DNA from: Eledone cirrhosa
Lineage: Eukaryota
Reading direction: 5' to 3'
Length of the DNA: 64,000 nt
Assembly: GCA_964016885.1 (NCBI GenBank)
Contig: OZ024740.1
Span: 122,760,001-122,824,000 of the forward strand
Shown: positions 38,701 through 54,109 of the stretch, piece after piece
Layout of the letters: each line of letters opens with the position of its first letter
Position numbering within the stretch: the stretch's first letter is position 1
The notes under the pieces: generated by a model
Database searches by the model: none
What the model saw: the letters and a program-made list of their open reading frames with translations, nothing else
What the model was told of the DNA's origin: nothing
Position numbers and translations under genes: made by a program

Positions 38701-39888
38701 ATCTACTCATGCAATTACGAGTGGTTGTGTATCTTGTTGCCTTTAGTCATTAACGCATAAACCTAAGGAAGGTAAAATATAAGCATAAATGCATATAATT
38801 AGGGGAAAGGGGTACTAACAAATGTTACTCTATATAGAATTATAGTGAGTTGCTATTTAGAATATTTAATTAGGTTTATAGTATTTAAATGTTCTTCTTA
38901 TAATGTGATTACAAACTATAATCAGTTCGTGTCTTTTATTTAATAAATCATCCTTAGATTTAGTAATTTCCAACATCTCCCCTGAACATAATCTGCATTC
39001 CCTCCTGTTCCCAAGATATGGAGTTCTTTGTAGAATGGTGTTCCACGATAGTTTGAAATCTATTTTTTTCTTTTTATAATTACTTACTGCTTCAGCTAAA
39101 GATATGGTGTTAGCTAGTTTAGTATTGTTAAAACTACTATAGTGTGCGTAAAATCTTTTCTTAAATGTGTTTGATGTAGATCCTATATATGTTTTGTTGG
39201 AGTCTGTAGAAGACACAGTGCATTTATATATTACATTATTAATCAAACAGTTGCCATTTAAGGGGCAAATGCTTCTATTTCTGCAATTACAACCATATGT
39301 AAGATGGTTGTTGGGGGTGCCTATACTATTTTCAATAATCCTTGAGCTATTCCTATTGTAATTAGGAGAATGTTATTAGCAGAATGAAGGTTGCTTGGTG
39401 GGTGGTTTGGTGCTAGGGTTGTATTGTGATTTTGTGTTCTGTTGTTTTTGTGTTGGTGATTTGGGTGTTTGTGTTTTGCAGCTTGAAGGATTGTATTATT
39501 TGTCTTTTTAAAAGGTGCAGTCCTATTTAAATTATGTTGTGGTGGTGTAGTCATATTATCTTTAAGTTCATAAATGTTGTAGTTGCTTATTTTTTGCTGG
39601 AGATTGTTTGATGTAGAGTATGAGAATTGAACAGTATATTTGTTAAATATTTGGTGGTATCTGTGGTTTGGTGGAAAATGTTTATGTAGAATTTGGACAA
39701 ATCCCAAAAAAATTCTTTGAAATTCTACATAAACCTTTTCCACCAAACTTATTAACTTATATATATATATATATACATATATATACATATATATATAGCA
39801 ATAATAATAAATTTGAAGACTAAAATCCAAAGAGGACTCGATAAGGATAAATATATATCAAATATATAAGAACCGTAGAGCAAATATT

Positions 39889-40657
39889 TATTAAAATAAC
39901 AGATTAAAGTTTAAGCAACGAATCGCTGCTTTCACCCTTAACGGGATCTTCTGAATATAACAAAGTCAATCTGTGAACTTAGAAGTGAATATTTCAAAAA
40001 TCGTTGCCACCTGAGGAAGACAGGAAGACGATACTTTAGTTCGTGGAAACGTTCCCTGGCAAAGAACGGGAAAAAACGAATATAATACGTCATTATTTGG
40101 AGCGGTGAAAAACAATTACACGCAAAGACAAAACCACGTTTTGGATGCGTGTGTATGTATTTATTTAATTTCATTTAGCACTGTATTTTATTTATTTTAT
40201 TCTTAACTCTGAAGCCGAGAATCATTCGGTTTCCTAGTTAGAATTTTAGTCTACGACTTCAGTTATACCATTTACGTGGTTTGTCTTTGCGTGCAATTGC
40301 TCTCCCACTCCACATATGACGTATTATCTTCGTTTTTTCTATTCATGCCAGAGAACGTCTCTATGAACCACCTAATAGAATATTAGTCTACGACTTCTTT
40401 TATACCATAAACGTGGTTTTGTCTTTGCGTGTAATTGTTTTTCACCACTCAAAATATTATATTCGTTTTTTCCCGTTCTTTGCCAGGGGATACTTTGTTC
40501 CACGAAACAAAGTATCGTCTTCCTGTCTTCCTTCGGTTGCAACGTTTTTTGAAATATTCACTTCTGCGTTTACAGATTGACTTTCTTAGTTTCAGAAGAT
40601 CGTGTTAAGGGTGAAAGCAGCGATTCTTTGCTTAAACTTTAATCTGTTATTTTAATA
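39889..40657. repeat. ORF-less inverted repeat element (arms about 39889-40142 and 40409-40657) with an internal tandem partial copy; probable pLTR foldback
   Basis: Arms are reverse complements with scattered mismatches; 40244-40365 duplicates about 40383-40490; (TA)n on the right flank. Confidence 0.75.
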
Positions 40658-40748
40658 TAATATATATATATGTGTATAATCAAGGTTTAGCAAATAAGAA
40701 AAAGTTTCAAAATAAATTTAAAAAGATACACTGTACTCACTATGGTTA

Positions 40749-40833
40749 CCTTTACCGAATCGGTTTCGAGTCTCAAAAATAAATGGACAATCCTTGCGGC
40801 CTTCCATTGAAAAGATAAACTCTCGTCAGAAGG
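40749..40833 (-). ncRNA. Type I hammerhead ribozyme with extended stem II
   Basis: Reverse complement of 41348-41432. Confidence 0.8.
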
Positions 40834-41347
40834 GTCTTTTCACTCGGAGAATATAAAATTCCCGAGTTCAAATTACGAACTGGCGCTATTCAAAATTGTT
40901 CCCGAGATGAGAATGAATGATGTGGAAGCAATTCTGTCCAGTGCCGTGTCTAAAGATAGAAGCAGAGGCAGGGAGGTCAGTCTATAAATAGCAGCAGTCA
41001 GAACGACCAAATTTTTGATTATATATGTTCCGGCTCGTTAATTTATTAACCTGCCATTGAACAACATTGGCATATGGTTGGACAATACAAGTGTCCCTAG
41101 GCGCTTTCTGCGTGTAGGGATATATACTTTATTATTATACTCCTCTTGGTCGAGATAAAATTTGGTCGTTCTGACTGCTGCTATTTATAGTGGTAGTAGA
41201 CTGACCTCCCTGCCTCTGCTTCTACCTTTACACACGGCACTGGACAGAATTGCTTCCACATCATTCATTCTCATCTCGGGAACAATTTTGAATAGCGCCA
41301 GTCCGTAATTTGAACTCGGAAATTTTATATTCTCCGAGTGAAAAGAC

Positions 41348-41432
41348 CCTTCTGACGAGAGTTTATCTTTTCAATGGAAGGCCGCAAGGACTGTCCATTT
41401 ATTTTTGAGACTCGAAACCGATTCGGTAAAGG
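41348..41432 (+). ncRNA. Type I hammerhead ribozyme with extended stem II
   Basis: CCUU-CUGACGA-GAGUUU[..AAUGGA..UCCAUU..]AGACUC-GAAA-CCG AUU CGG-UA-AAGG; GUA cleavage triplet. Confidence 0.85.
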
Positions 41433-41612
41433 TAACCATAGTGAGTACAATGAATCTTTTAAAATTTATTTTGAAACTTTTTCTTATTTGCTAAACCTTG
41501 ATTATATATGTTCTGGCTCGTTAATTTATTAACCTGCCACTGAACCACATTGGCATATGGTTGGACAATATATGTGTCCCTAGACGATTTTTGCGTGTAG
41601 GGATATATACTT

Positions 41613-41616
<4 letters not shown>

Positions 41617-41684
<68 letters not shown>

Positions 41685-41698
41685 GTATATATAAATGG

Positions 41699-41735
<37 letters not shown>

Positions 41736-41753
41736 ATTATATATATATATATG

Positions 41754-41844
<91 letters not shown>

Positions 41845-41891
41845 GTACATATATATATATGTATATATACATATATTTATATATACGTATA

Positions 41892-41968
<77 letters not shown>
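41617..41968. repeat. (TA)n-rich microsatellite
   Basis: Visible directly. Confidence 0.95.
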
Positions 41969-41971
<3 letters not shown>

Positions 41972-41983
41972 TTAATATAGATG

Positions 41984-42034
41984 AGATTCTACAGGACTAG
42001 AACTGTTTCATTCTTTAGAAATCATCAGGAATCT
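41984..42034 (-). ncRNA. Type I hammerhead ribozyme (3' pLTR, sense to the ORF)
   Basis: AGAUUC-CUGAUGA-U UUC UAAA GAA U-GAAA-CAG UUCUAGUC CUG-UA-GAAUCU. Confidence 0.8.
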
Positions 42035-42489
42035 GGGTATCAAAAAATAAAAATGGTATTTATAGGTCTCTACAAGTGGTAGGAGAGGGTGGGGAGTGGG
42101 ATGGGTGTAGGTCATTGGTTGATAGAAAAGGGAATTCATTAAAAGCTAATTCTACAAAGCTATAGTTTATTTTTATTTATTTATGTTTTTAGAGTAACAA
42201 GGGCAGACAGAATTCTATAAACAGGTTCCGGATGGCATACCATTCCTTGTCATTAAGTTTCTCTTAAGCTAACAGATGTCTATAAGATCAGTGGGGGGTC
42301 AGTCATGGTCGATAGAATTAAAGAAAAGGGAGATTCTTTAAAAGCTAAAATCATTAAGGTTCTACTAAGTGACAAAGGTTTAGGGAATTCTGTAGACAGA
42401 TTCAAAATACTGAGTGCATATCTTACAATTATCTTCGAACTTCTCTTAAACTAATCAACTATATGCTAAAAATCAACAGACACATTCAC

Positions 42490-44430
<1,941 letters not shown>

Positions 44431-45223
44431 ACAAATAAATAAGTACTCAATAAATATACGCATATACGCAGGCACATAAAAACACCTCTACAGGCAGAAA
44501 ATGTAGATACAAAAGAGGTACTCACATAACCATAGTGGCCGTATTTCAGGTTGAGGAGGGGTGGTGGTAGGGTGGGGAGGAGGTATAGGGGCCAATAGGG
44601 GGAGGTCGTTTTTAGCCATCGGGCTTTAACACTGGCTTAAAGTGTTTGAAAGTTGCAAAATTCTTGTGCATGCAGTTCGGGCAGTGTTCAGAGAGTTTGT
44701 TCAGTAGCGGGCCCTTGGCGAATAAAATTTCGTAGCTCTCTGAAATACAAAGGTCGCAGCGCTTGTGTCCTCCGTTGTAAGAGCGCGCTTTCTGGAGTAT
44801 TTTCCATTTAAGCGTGAAGGGGGTGGAGTTCCTTTTGAGGTCCCAAACGTAGGAGGCGAGTGTTGTCTGATTTGATTTATCCGGTCTTCTGAAGGAGTGG
44901 GTATGGGCATACCAACGGGTCTTAAAGTTGTTGGATATCATGCCGATGTAAGTTTTTTTGCAATCCTCGGTGCCTGAGATGACATCGCATTTGTATACGA
45001 TATCATTTGTGAGGCATTTGTTTTCAAGTGGGCATGCTTCCTTATTTAGGCAATTACATAGAGCCCCAGTCCGGGGATTGGTTTCGGAGGTGGTTGGCTT
45101 ATTTAATTTTTTAGAATTGTGGTTGGCTATATTCCTAGCTAGGTTAGGTGTGGTGGAGTAAGACAGTCTTATTGTGTTCTTATTAAAGATGGTGTGGTAC
45201 CTATGTTGTATTTTTTGATACCC

Positions 45224-45274
45224 AGATTCCTGATGATTTCTAAAAAATGAAACAGTTCTAGTACTGTAGAATCT
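45224..45274 (+). ncRNA. Type I hammerhead ribozyme (inverted 5' pLTR), weakened stem II
   Basis: AGAUUC-CUGAUGA-UUUCUAAAAAAU-GAAA-CAG..CUG-UA-GAAUCU. Confidence 0.7.
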
Positions 45275-45356
45275 CATCTATATTAAAACTTTTATACTCT
45301 GCTATGTATTGAGTACCTTACTTACTGTGGTTACCTACGATTCAACCCGGAATGAC

Positions 45357-45392
<36 letters not shown>

Positions 45393-45494
45393 AGTATTTC
45401 CGTAGAAAGAGTAAAGGATCTAGCCATTAATAACCAGCCAGAAACTCCGGTCTAACCCATGCTAGCGTGGAAGATAGACATTAATCAACAAAGA

Positions 45495-45552
<58 letters not shown>

Positions 45553-45895
45553 GTATAATAAGAACAAAGTGGAGATGATACATAGGAGTTTTATTGCTTA
45601 ATCCATGTTACAAATGTGTCCCAAGCAGCTGGCTCGTTATCTGGGATGGCACCCCAGACCAGACTCCAAGACTGCCTGATCCTCAGACCAGTGTTAACAC
45701 AACAAAAATCACATCAAAGAGTTGATGCCATCCCAGATCTCAAGCCAGATGCTTGGGAAATATTTGTTACCTAGATTAAGCAATACATCTCCTATGTAAC
45801 ATCTCCACTTTGTTCTTATTGTATACACTGCTCTGCATCAAATGCTGACCTTTGTTCTCTCACCATTCTTCTTCGGATTTACTGAACTTTCTGCC
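45553..45895. repeat. Older foldback (arms about 45553-45651 and 45726-45825) plus one-sided tail; probable decayed pLTR pair
   Basis: AATAAGAACAAAGTGGAGATGATACATAGGAG / CTCCTATGTAACATCTCCACTTTGTTCTTATT; (TA)n on both sides. Confidence 0.65.
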
Positions 45896-45915
45896 TATAT
45901 ATATATATATATATA

Positions 45916-46986
45916 GTGGTAGAACACTGGAAGGTAATATCCATAGTGGTAGAGCACTCAGTCCATGGGACGAGTTAGGTAGAAGTGGTTACACAACAGT
46001 TAGTTCACAATACCGAGAACAATTGTTTCACCTTAGTGGAACCTCAGGTCGTAATGGGCATGGTTATACAGAACAGGAAGGACAACCGTACGAACGCGCA
46101 TACGCAGAAACCCGTCACTTCACACGGGCAATACTAAAATACGTACGAGAGGTATAAGGGAGATAACTGCGAAAGTCCGAAAAGTTTTTAGTTGATAAGA
46201 AAAAATATTGATGTTGTTACAATAATTCATTCAATCCGGAGCTTTGTAGTTATTCAATAGGTGTTTCAAGAGGGGTGGACAATGTGTGAAAAATTCATTT
46301 CTCGTGTTTAGGCAATCACTAGTGCATAATCTCTTTAAAATATTTATTCGTTCGTCAATACACAGTCCACACGACGGATTTGTCCTTGCGTATGGCTTGG
46401 ACTTAGTGATGGCTTTCTATTGAATGGAGTAGTCTATACTTGAGTCCTTGAGGGACCATACGTGGTTCGCCAGTTTCGTGCATGAACGTCTGTCCGGGTA
46501 CCTAAAAGTCGACTGATGGTTCAAGAAAAGTTCTTTAAATCGGCCCTCCGCCATGCCCACATAGGATTTGACCTCCTGTGGTTGGTTTGGTTGGTTAGAA
46601 ATGACCACAGCTTCATAAATTACAGCTGGTGTGTTGCATTGCTGTTGAAGGGGCAAGTTTCGGGCTTACGGCAAGAGCATCCTGGTGGAGTGTTGCTCCT
46701 GGGGCTGCTGGTGATGTGGGCCTTTATGTTCTTAGCGCAGGAGTATCCTAGTTTTACTTTGTGTCGGTTAAAGATGGAGCGGTATTTATAACCTTCGCAG
46801 TTATCTCCCTTACACATCTCGCACGCTTTTTTGTATTGCCTGTGTGAAGTGACGGGTTTCTGCGCATGCGCGTTCGTACGGTTGTCCTTCATGTTCCATA
46901 TAACCATGCCCATTACGAGCTGAGTATCCGCTAAGGTGAAACAATTATTCTCGGTATGGTGAACTAACTGTTGTGTAACCACTTCT
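45916..46986 (-). mobile_element. 5'-truncated PLE (fourth family): EN fragment about 46250-46790 between inverted pLTRs
   Basis: IFNRHKVKLGYS, CSCRKPETCP, VIYEAVV..SYVGMAEGRFK, CGLC, LNTRNE; 45980-46135 is the reverse complement of 46832-46986. Confidence 0.85.
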
Positions 46987-47001
46987 ATATATATATATAT
47001 A

Positions 47002-48305
47002 CGAGGTGTGTCGTAAAAGTTCCAGGACTGATGTCATAAAAGATTTATTTCAAACCCAAACTTCACACAAAGAGTTTTCTCCTTCAAAATAATCCCCCTT
47101 GAGTATGTAACTGTAATCTTAGCTCTCTGCAACGATCAAACATTTTTCTTCATAATTTTATATACATGTCCTCTGTTTCAGATCGTCAAGCAATGAGCAC
47201 AGAGCAACGAACAAACTTGAAGTTTCTGGTACGGTTGGGGGAAACTTCATCAGAAGCACTGGGATTGCTGCAGCAAGTGTATGGAGATGAGACGATGTCA
47301 GGCTCACGTGTTTTTGAGTGGTGCAAGAGGTTTAAAGAAGGACGCGAGGACGTGGAAGATCACCCCAGGAGTGGAAGGCCCTCAACAACCAGGACTGAGG
47401 TCAACGTTGAGCACGTCAGGCAGAGGGTGCGTAGTGATCGTCGGCTGACTGTTCGACTGATGGCAAATGAGCTGGGCATGAATTGGGACAGCGTCTGGAA
47501 GATTCTCACTGAAGATTTGGACATGCGGAAAGTCTGCGCGAAGATGGTGCCAAAACTGCTGAACGATGACCAGAAGGGTCGACGCATGCAAGTGTGCCAG
47601 GACATCCTCGAGCGTCTTGAAACCGAACCAGACGTGCTAGAGACAGTCATCACCAGTGATGAGTGATGGATCTTCGAGTACGACCCGGAAACCAAATGCC
47701 AGAGCCTTCAGTGGAAGAGTCCGTTGTCGCCAAGGCCGAAGAAAGCATGACATTCGAAGTCTAAAGTCAAGGTCATGTTGATCACATTCTTCGATGTGAG
47801 GAGGATCGTCCAATGCGAGTTCTTGCCACAGGGCCAGATGATCAACCAACATGTCTACAAAGAGATACAGCAGCGTTTGCTTCGTTCAGTGCGTGAGAAG
47901 AGGCGAGAGTTGTGTGGCAGGACAACTCATGGCTGCGTCACCATGACAACGCGCCTGCTCACAATGACCTAAGGATCCGAAAGTTCCTGGCCAAGAAGAA
48001 CATCGCCGTGCTGGAGAAACCTACCTACTCCCCCGACCTGGCTCTGTGTGATTTTTTCCTATACCCCAAGCTTAAGGGACCCGTTTTGAAGACGTGGACG
48101 ACATCAAAAAGGCCGTGACGACGGAACTGCGGAGTATCCCGGAAGAATCCTTCCAGGAGTGCATGCAAGCGGGGCAGAAAAGGATGGCAAAGTGCATTAG
48201 ACTCCAGGAGGATTACTTCTTTGAAGGAGAAAACTCTAGTGTGAAGTTTGGGTTTGAAATAAATCTTTTGTGACATCAGTCCTGGAACTTTTCTGACACA
48301 CCTCG
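47002..48305 (+). mobile_element. mariner (DD34D) transposon with both termini, disrupted transposase
   Basis: TIR CGAGGTGTGTCGTAAAAGTTCCAGGACTGA / TCAGTCCTGGAACTTTTCTGACACACCTCG; TA on both sides; PRSGRP, KMVPKLL, ITSDE, HHDNAPAH, YSPDLALCD; stops and frameshifts. Confidence 0.95.
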
Positions 48306-48628
48306 TATATATGTAGTTGTATATTTAATTTTGTGAGATATGTAATAAATGACAATGTAATAATATATAAATGTGAAAGAATGACAAATAAAACTAAACA
48401 AAGACATATTTCAATATATTCCAGAACAACCTCATTTTATGTGTTCAGTTTTGTTTCAACCGTTTTTGTTTTTTTTTCATATTCGAAAAGAAATTAATAG
48501 TCCTGAAATATCATGTTGAAATACAATTTGTTTTGTTTTATTTGTTATTCTTTGCTCTTTATATATTTCTATCACATTGTATAGACTTTCTGAAACTTAT
48601 CAGTCATTTATTATATACATACATTTTT

Positions 48629-48965
48629 CATCATCATTTCATTTTACGTCCACTTTTCCCTGCTTGCAAGGGTGGGACGGGAACTGATTCTGGCTTGATT
48701 TCTACAGCTGGATGCCCTTCCTAACACCAACCTCATTTTACAGTGAGTGCTGGGTGCTTTTTTGCTGTGGCACCTCCACGACCACTTTGCAGTGGAATGA
48801 TAGGGACCCCAGTCCCTATCATCTCATTTCTACAGCTGAGTAAACTGGAGCAAGTGAAATAAAGTGTCTTGCTCAAGGAAACAACACATCACCCGGTCTG
48901 AGAATTGAACTCACAACCTTTCGATTGCAAGGCCAATGATATAACCACTAAGCCATGTGCCTCCA
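48629..48965 (-). mobile_element. SINE family 2, full-length
   Basis: Reverse complement of 9212-9543 with scattered substitutions. Confidence 0.85.
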
Positions 48966-49477
48966 TAGATATATATATATATTTATATTTAAACAGTGTT
49001 ATAGGAAATAATACTTACTATATCCTCGGTTGCTCTCATTGTTCACTCAATGAGACATGATTTGAATATATAACTGTTCATAGCTGCACCCAGAGTACTT
49101 ACAATACAATATTCATAATGGGGTGATTGCACGTGGATATCCCAGAACTATAGATCTAGAAGTTTCTGCAAGTATAGACTGATCTGATCTGCCACTTGCC
49201 TTTCACAGTGGTTGTAAAATGCAAAGTTCTCCTAACTATTTTCTATATCACTTTCTTGGGCAGGAGGATCCTCGATAGCTGCTCATATATATATATATAT
49301 GTATATATATAAAAGCAACTCATGACAAAAAGCAACCAGCACACACTGTAAATGTGGTAGGCACCAGGAAGGGCATGCAGCCATATAAATCTAGCAAGAA
49401 TCAATCCAATATGAACCTGAACCAGTCACCTAGTCTAACCCATATTAGCGTGGAAAATGTACATTAAATGATGATGA

Positions 49478-49527
<50 letters not shown>

Positions 49528-51519
49528 TTATGAGAGGCTACTGCACACTTTCCATATAACAAATTCCTCTCACAAGATAGTGGTCATCATGAGGCTATAA
49601 TAGAAAGCACCATATTTGTATTGGCATCAAATATCTTTCTGAGAAATATGACATTGGTTTGCTGTATTCAAAATACCGTTTATTACTTTGGTATTAAATT
49701 ACATTCAACTATTCTTCATTCATAATTATCAGAAGTGTATCTTAATATATGTAAGCAAAAGAGCATTCAAACTTTCATTTTGAGATAGTATGTAAATGTC
49801 ACACTTGCTCATTTGATTCTTTTTTAATGATGGTTCATACTATCACTGATGATATTCAGAATGGGACAATGGCTCTTAGAAATCCTGTTACTGTGGTGCT
49901 ATAATGCTGGAAAGATTATTGTCAAATTTAACAGCATTTCCTAAAGAAATGTGCTTGCACAAAGTCATTTTTGATGTAGGGTTATCAGGTGCATACAATA
50001 GCTGCATAGTACAGCACAGTGAAAACTCCAGCTCCTGCAATAAAGCTTATTTGATTGCTTTTGCTTTTACACTTGCAATTTCTTTCTGCAACAGTTTTAC
50101 ATCTATTTATACATGCTAGCATGAAAGGAATTTTAAAGGATTTTACAAACATGAGTACTTGCATATTTTCATCATCCATTATCTGTTTAATCAAGGGTAG
50201 AATAAAAATCTTCTCATTGAAGAAAGAATTACTAGAGCATGATTAATTTTTATGATTCAGGCATTTTTCTTCTTGATAATCAACTAAGAGGCATTTCACT
50301 AGTTGTAAAGAATTCTAAAATCTTATTAAATACATTCCTTTTTAAGTGCACTTTGGAGTTGTGGCAATAGAAATTAAAATAGGTTTGTGTTGTTAGTTCT
50401 TTCATGGTTGAAACCCACAAGAAGAATTATAATAAACACTCTAAACTACTTAATCACTTATCAATTGATAATGCTGCTTCTGATCACAACAGCAAACATT
50501 TCACTCCAAGATTCTTATTTACATTTTGAGTTTTTGAATGTAAAATCTGCTTGATATGGGCAAAAAGAAAAGAAACAGTATTAGTAATAAGAAATCAAAT
50601 ACCAGCCCTTTGAGAATTTATGCAATGTTCTATAAATTTGGACATCTGTCATGATCAAATATTAGATGATAATATTTAACCCGAAAAGAAATTATTGGGT
50701 AGCTTTGATTCCCCCTCGTTTCCCTGTGTATGAATATTTTTGATGTGTTACAAAAGAATTCTTATGCTGTGACACCTGTGGCTGAGTTCACTCTGCTGCA
50801 AACCTTTGAATCAGGTATCCAGCTTGACAATAACTTTACTCCATCCACCCAGTCTCAGGAATACTAAAAAATATCATGAACTTTACCTTTGCCTCTCTGA
50901 CTAAACAGTAAAGAAAAGTAATAGGCTCTTAAACACTTCACTCTGTGGATGACTTGAGATAAACAAGGGAGAGGTTTAATGTGGAGATGAAGAAAATAAT
51001 GAACATTTTATATTGAGGTTAATGGAAGTGCTATTTGAAAATATTGCCAACAACCTTAAATTGCTATAAATAGTCTTGAAAACTTGAGGGTAATTAAAGA
51101 TTTTACTGGACAAAACATACATTAAAAGTACAAAAGAACCTCTTCCTTGATGCTAGGTTGATAATATAACCTTAAAGTTTTAATCACTCCAAGATAAAAG
51201 ACCACCCAATATAATAAACTATTTCTAAACATTTATATTCATTCCTTTTCATGGATTTATTCGTTGGTCTACAACCAAGTTGGGGCAGTACTATCAAGAG
51301 TTTTAGTTAAGTATATGAGACCAATACATATTTGAGTGCAGTGCATAGTTTATCAATCTCTATTTATCAAATTGCTAACTATTATGTTTGAAATAAAAGG
51401 ACGCAACTAACACATCATTATAAATTGTTAAACATAAAAACAGCCATATAGAGAGACATGTATTCATACATTTGATTGCAAAGCACATCACTTAACCTAT
51501 GAAAGTAAGGCCAGCTGCA

Positions 51520-51972
51520 TGATCCTTGTGTATGAAGTGTTATGTTGCCTGTTGGTGAGACATGGACAGTGAATTCAGAGGATATGCAGAGGCTGGAGAG
51601 AAATAAAACAATCAGGCTTCAATGAATGTGCAAAGTTAATATGCATGAAAGGCATTGATTGCTGAGAGAGAGGCTGGACATAAGAGGAATTAGATGTAGT
51701 GTACAAGAGAGAAGAATGCACTGGTATAGCCATGTGATGCATATAAATGATCATCTTTGGGTGAAGAAATGTCAAGAAATCCCAGTGAAAGGGAGCTACA
51801 GTAGAGGGAGGGCAAGGAAGATCTAGGCAGAGGTTCTGAGAGTTAATTTCAAATCATTGAATCTCACAACCTTTTTGATGAATGACTGGAATGAGTGGAA
51901 GTGCTGCAAAAGTCCTGTCCAACAAATGCAAGCATGGAAAATCGGACGTAAAATAGTGATGATGATGATGAT
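51520..51972 (+). mobile_element. Decayed RTE 3' fragment with (GAT)n tail
   Basis: GETWTVNSEDMQRLERN..IRGIRCSVQERRMHWYSHVM; tail similar to 3567-3634. Confidence 0.75.
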
Positions 51973-52139
51973 ATATATACATTTGTGATTGTCATCAAAC
52001 TGCTAACTCACAGGTTGATTTGTTTATGGGGAATATACACAAATATCACCAACTGATTTTGATATGGAGACACATCAACTCAAACATTTAACACACAAAT
52101 GCACATGCTAGCATGGAAGATGGATATTAAACGATGATG

Positions 52140-52173
<34 letters not shown>

Positions 52174-53634
52174 TGAGATGGATACCATCAGATATTAATG
52201 TTGAAGAAAATGATATATGCAATGTGCTTCATTACAACTACCAAATTCCTTCAGAATTCATTGCTTCACTCAGAGCCATAGTCAAAGACCTTTTGTTAAA
52301 GGGCCATGCAGTGATACCGAACCTGAAAGCAAACAATTCTGAAGTAAACTTGTAAGTTAATATTACAAAATCATATATCAAAGAAAGTTAATATAAATAC
52401 TGATTTATTACCTGAAACAGAAAACCATAAATATGATGGTTTCATCTTCCAAATTGTTTCCAATAAAAATTAATTTAAAGACAGAATGAAGAAAAAATAT
52501 AATCCCAGATAGAAATATATTGGAACAACAAAAAATTAAAAAAATGACTGTATAAACCGGATTTTGTTAATCCTCTAATGATGTCATCTCATTTAATTAT
52601 GTAGTAATCAGTATCATTGCAAATTCTTTCTAAAGCATAAGTTTCTATATAGCCCTTAATCAAATATGAAGTGCCTAACATTAACCACATTGAATATAAA
52701 ACTCTCTGCTTGAAAGGATGCTTGGCCACTAGGTGTAGCTTTTTCCCTTGGAAAGAATTGAACTCAGTACTACAATCTTTCTTATACTAATGAATTATTT
52801 CACCTTTGCTACTGATGTGGAAATAAACAGACTTAAGTTTTTTTATGGCAATATCACAGCATTGCCTTGGTCATGATGACTAAACCCAACAGAGGAATTT
52901 AAAAAATCATGGATCATATGAATCACCCCTGATAGAACATGGTCCATCAACTCCTTAGCAGGTTGTTGCACACACAAATAATTCCCTCTGCATTCTTACT
53001 TTACATGTTGCCACATAGTTTACTTGTAGACTAATATTTATTTTGCTCAGTATCATTCCACAGTTAACAGCAACTCAGGTAATACATACCTCTTTGCTTT
53101 TCAGTCATTGATATAATTTTATTTTATTTTAATTTGTAAGAACTTCTGGTGAAATTTTCTATCATGTGGCCTCCAATCTTTACAAAGTTTAGAACCTCTC
53201 AAAGGCTAAATTCGACACAAGATTCCATTATTTATTAACTTCAGTTTATTAAGGTTTGTGTTGATAACCTTAAAAAATAATTATGGTAATTTATTAAAAT
53301 TTTGAAATTTTCGTTATATTCATGTAAATCTGTGTAAAATTATTTTTATCTTGCCCCAACAGCCAACTCTTTGTGATAAACTGGTTAGAAACCATTGTTT
53401 TACCGTGTCAACTTAAATGAAATAATATTAATGTTTTCATGTAATTAAAATGTTAATACTGCAGTTAACATCTTCAATAGAATATAGTTTAATTTATAAT
53501 TAAGAAATGAGGTTCTTTCAATTTTTTTCATTGTCAATGGTTTGATTCCTGGAGGACAGAGTTGTGCTCGTATCTTTTGCAGCCCATTGACAGAAACAGA
53601 AAACATATGACTATTTGTTATACATATGTAATGT

Positions 53635-53688
<54 letters not shown>

Positions 53689-54109
53689 ACATACACACAC
53701 ATTTCTCTGTTTGCCTATAAATGTATGTGTGTTCCTTTGGTTTTATAACTAGGTAGACATATATGCATGTTTGCATGCTTGCATCTATGTGCGGATATGG
53801 ATGTTATTGTATGTGTACATGTGCTTGTATTTTGCATCTGTATTTGTGTACATGCAGTTATTACATGCAGAACTTTTGGAATGTTTTACATATATTTACT
53901 GTTTTACATATATTTACTTAAAGGAGTTTTTGATTATCATGCATGGAGTATCTTTCAAGGAGTTCCTTCTCAAATCTCATTGTCTTATCCGCCTCATGCA
54001 GCTAAGAAGTCTAGTGACATGATGACCTGTATCATGTGTTGCTGATTGCATGTTCCATCTGGGGGGGGGGGGGGGGGATTAAAATGAATAATGTTCATGT
54101 CATTCTTAC

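Larger units (their letters stand above)
40676..41618. mobile_element. ORF-less PLE pLTR element: inverted arm (40676-41013), tail, direct arm (41158-41505), tail
   Basis: About 340-bp arms are reverse complements; a tail of about 120 bp is duplicated directly (41015-41135 and 41498-41618); hammerhead in each arm; (TA)n flanks. Confidence 0.8.

Noticed and set aside
49850-51000. Coding-like unique sequence (also about 52170-52420, 53920-54045, 55730-56700, 60240-60440)
   Set aside because: Frames are short or interrupted and I recognise no motif; BLASTX and RNA-seq would be needed.
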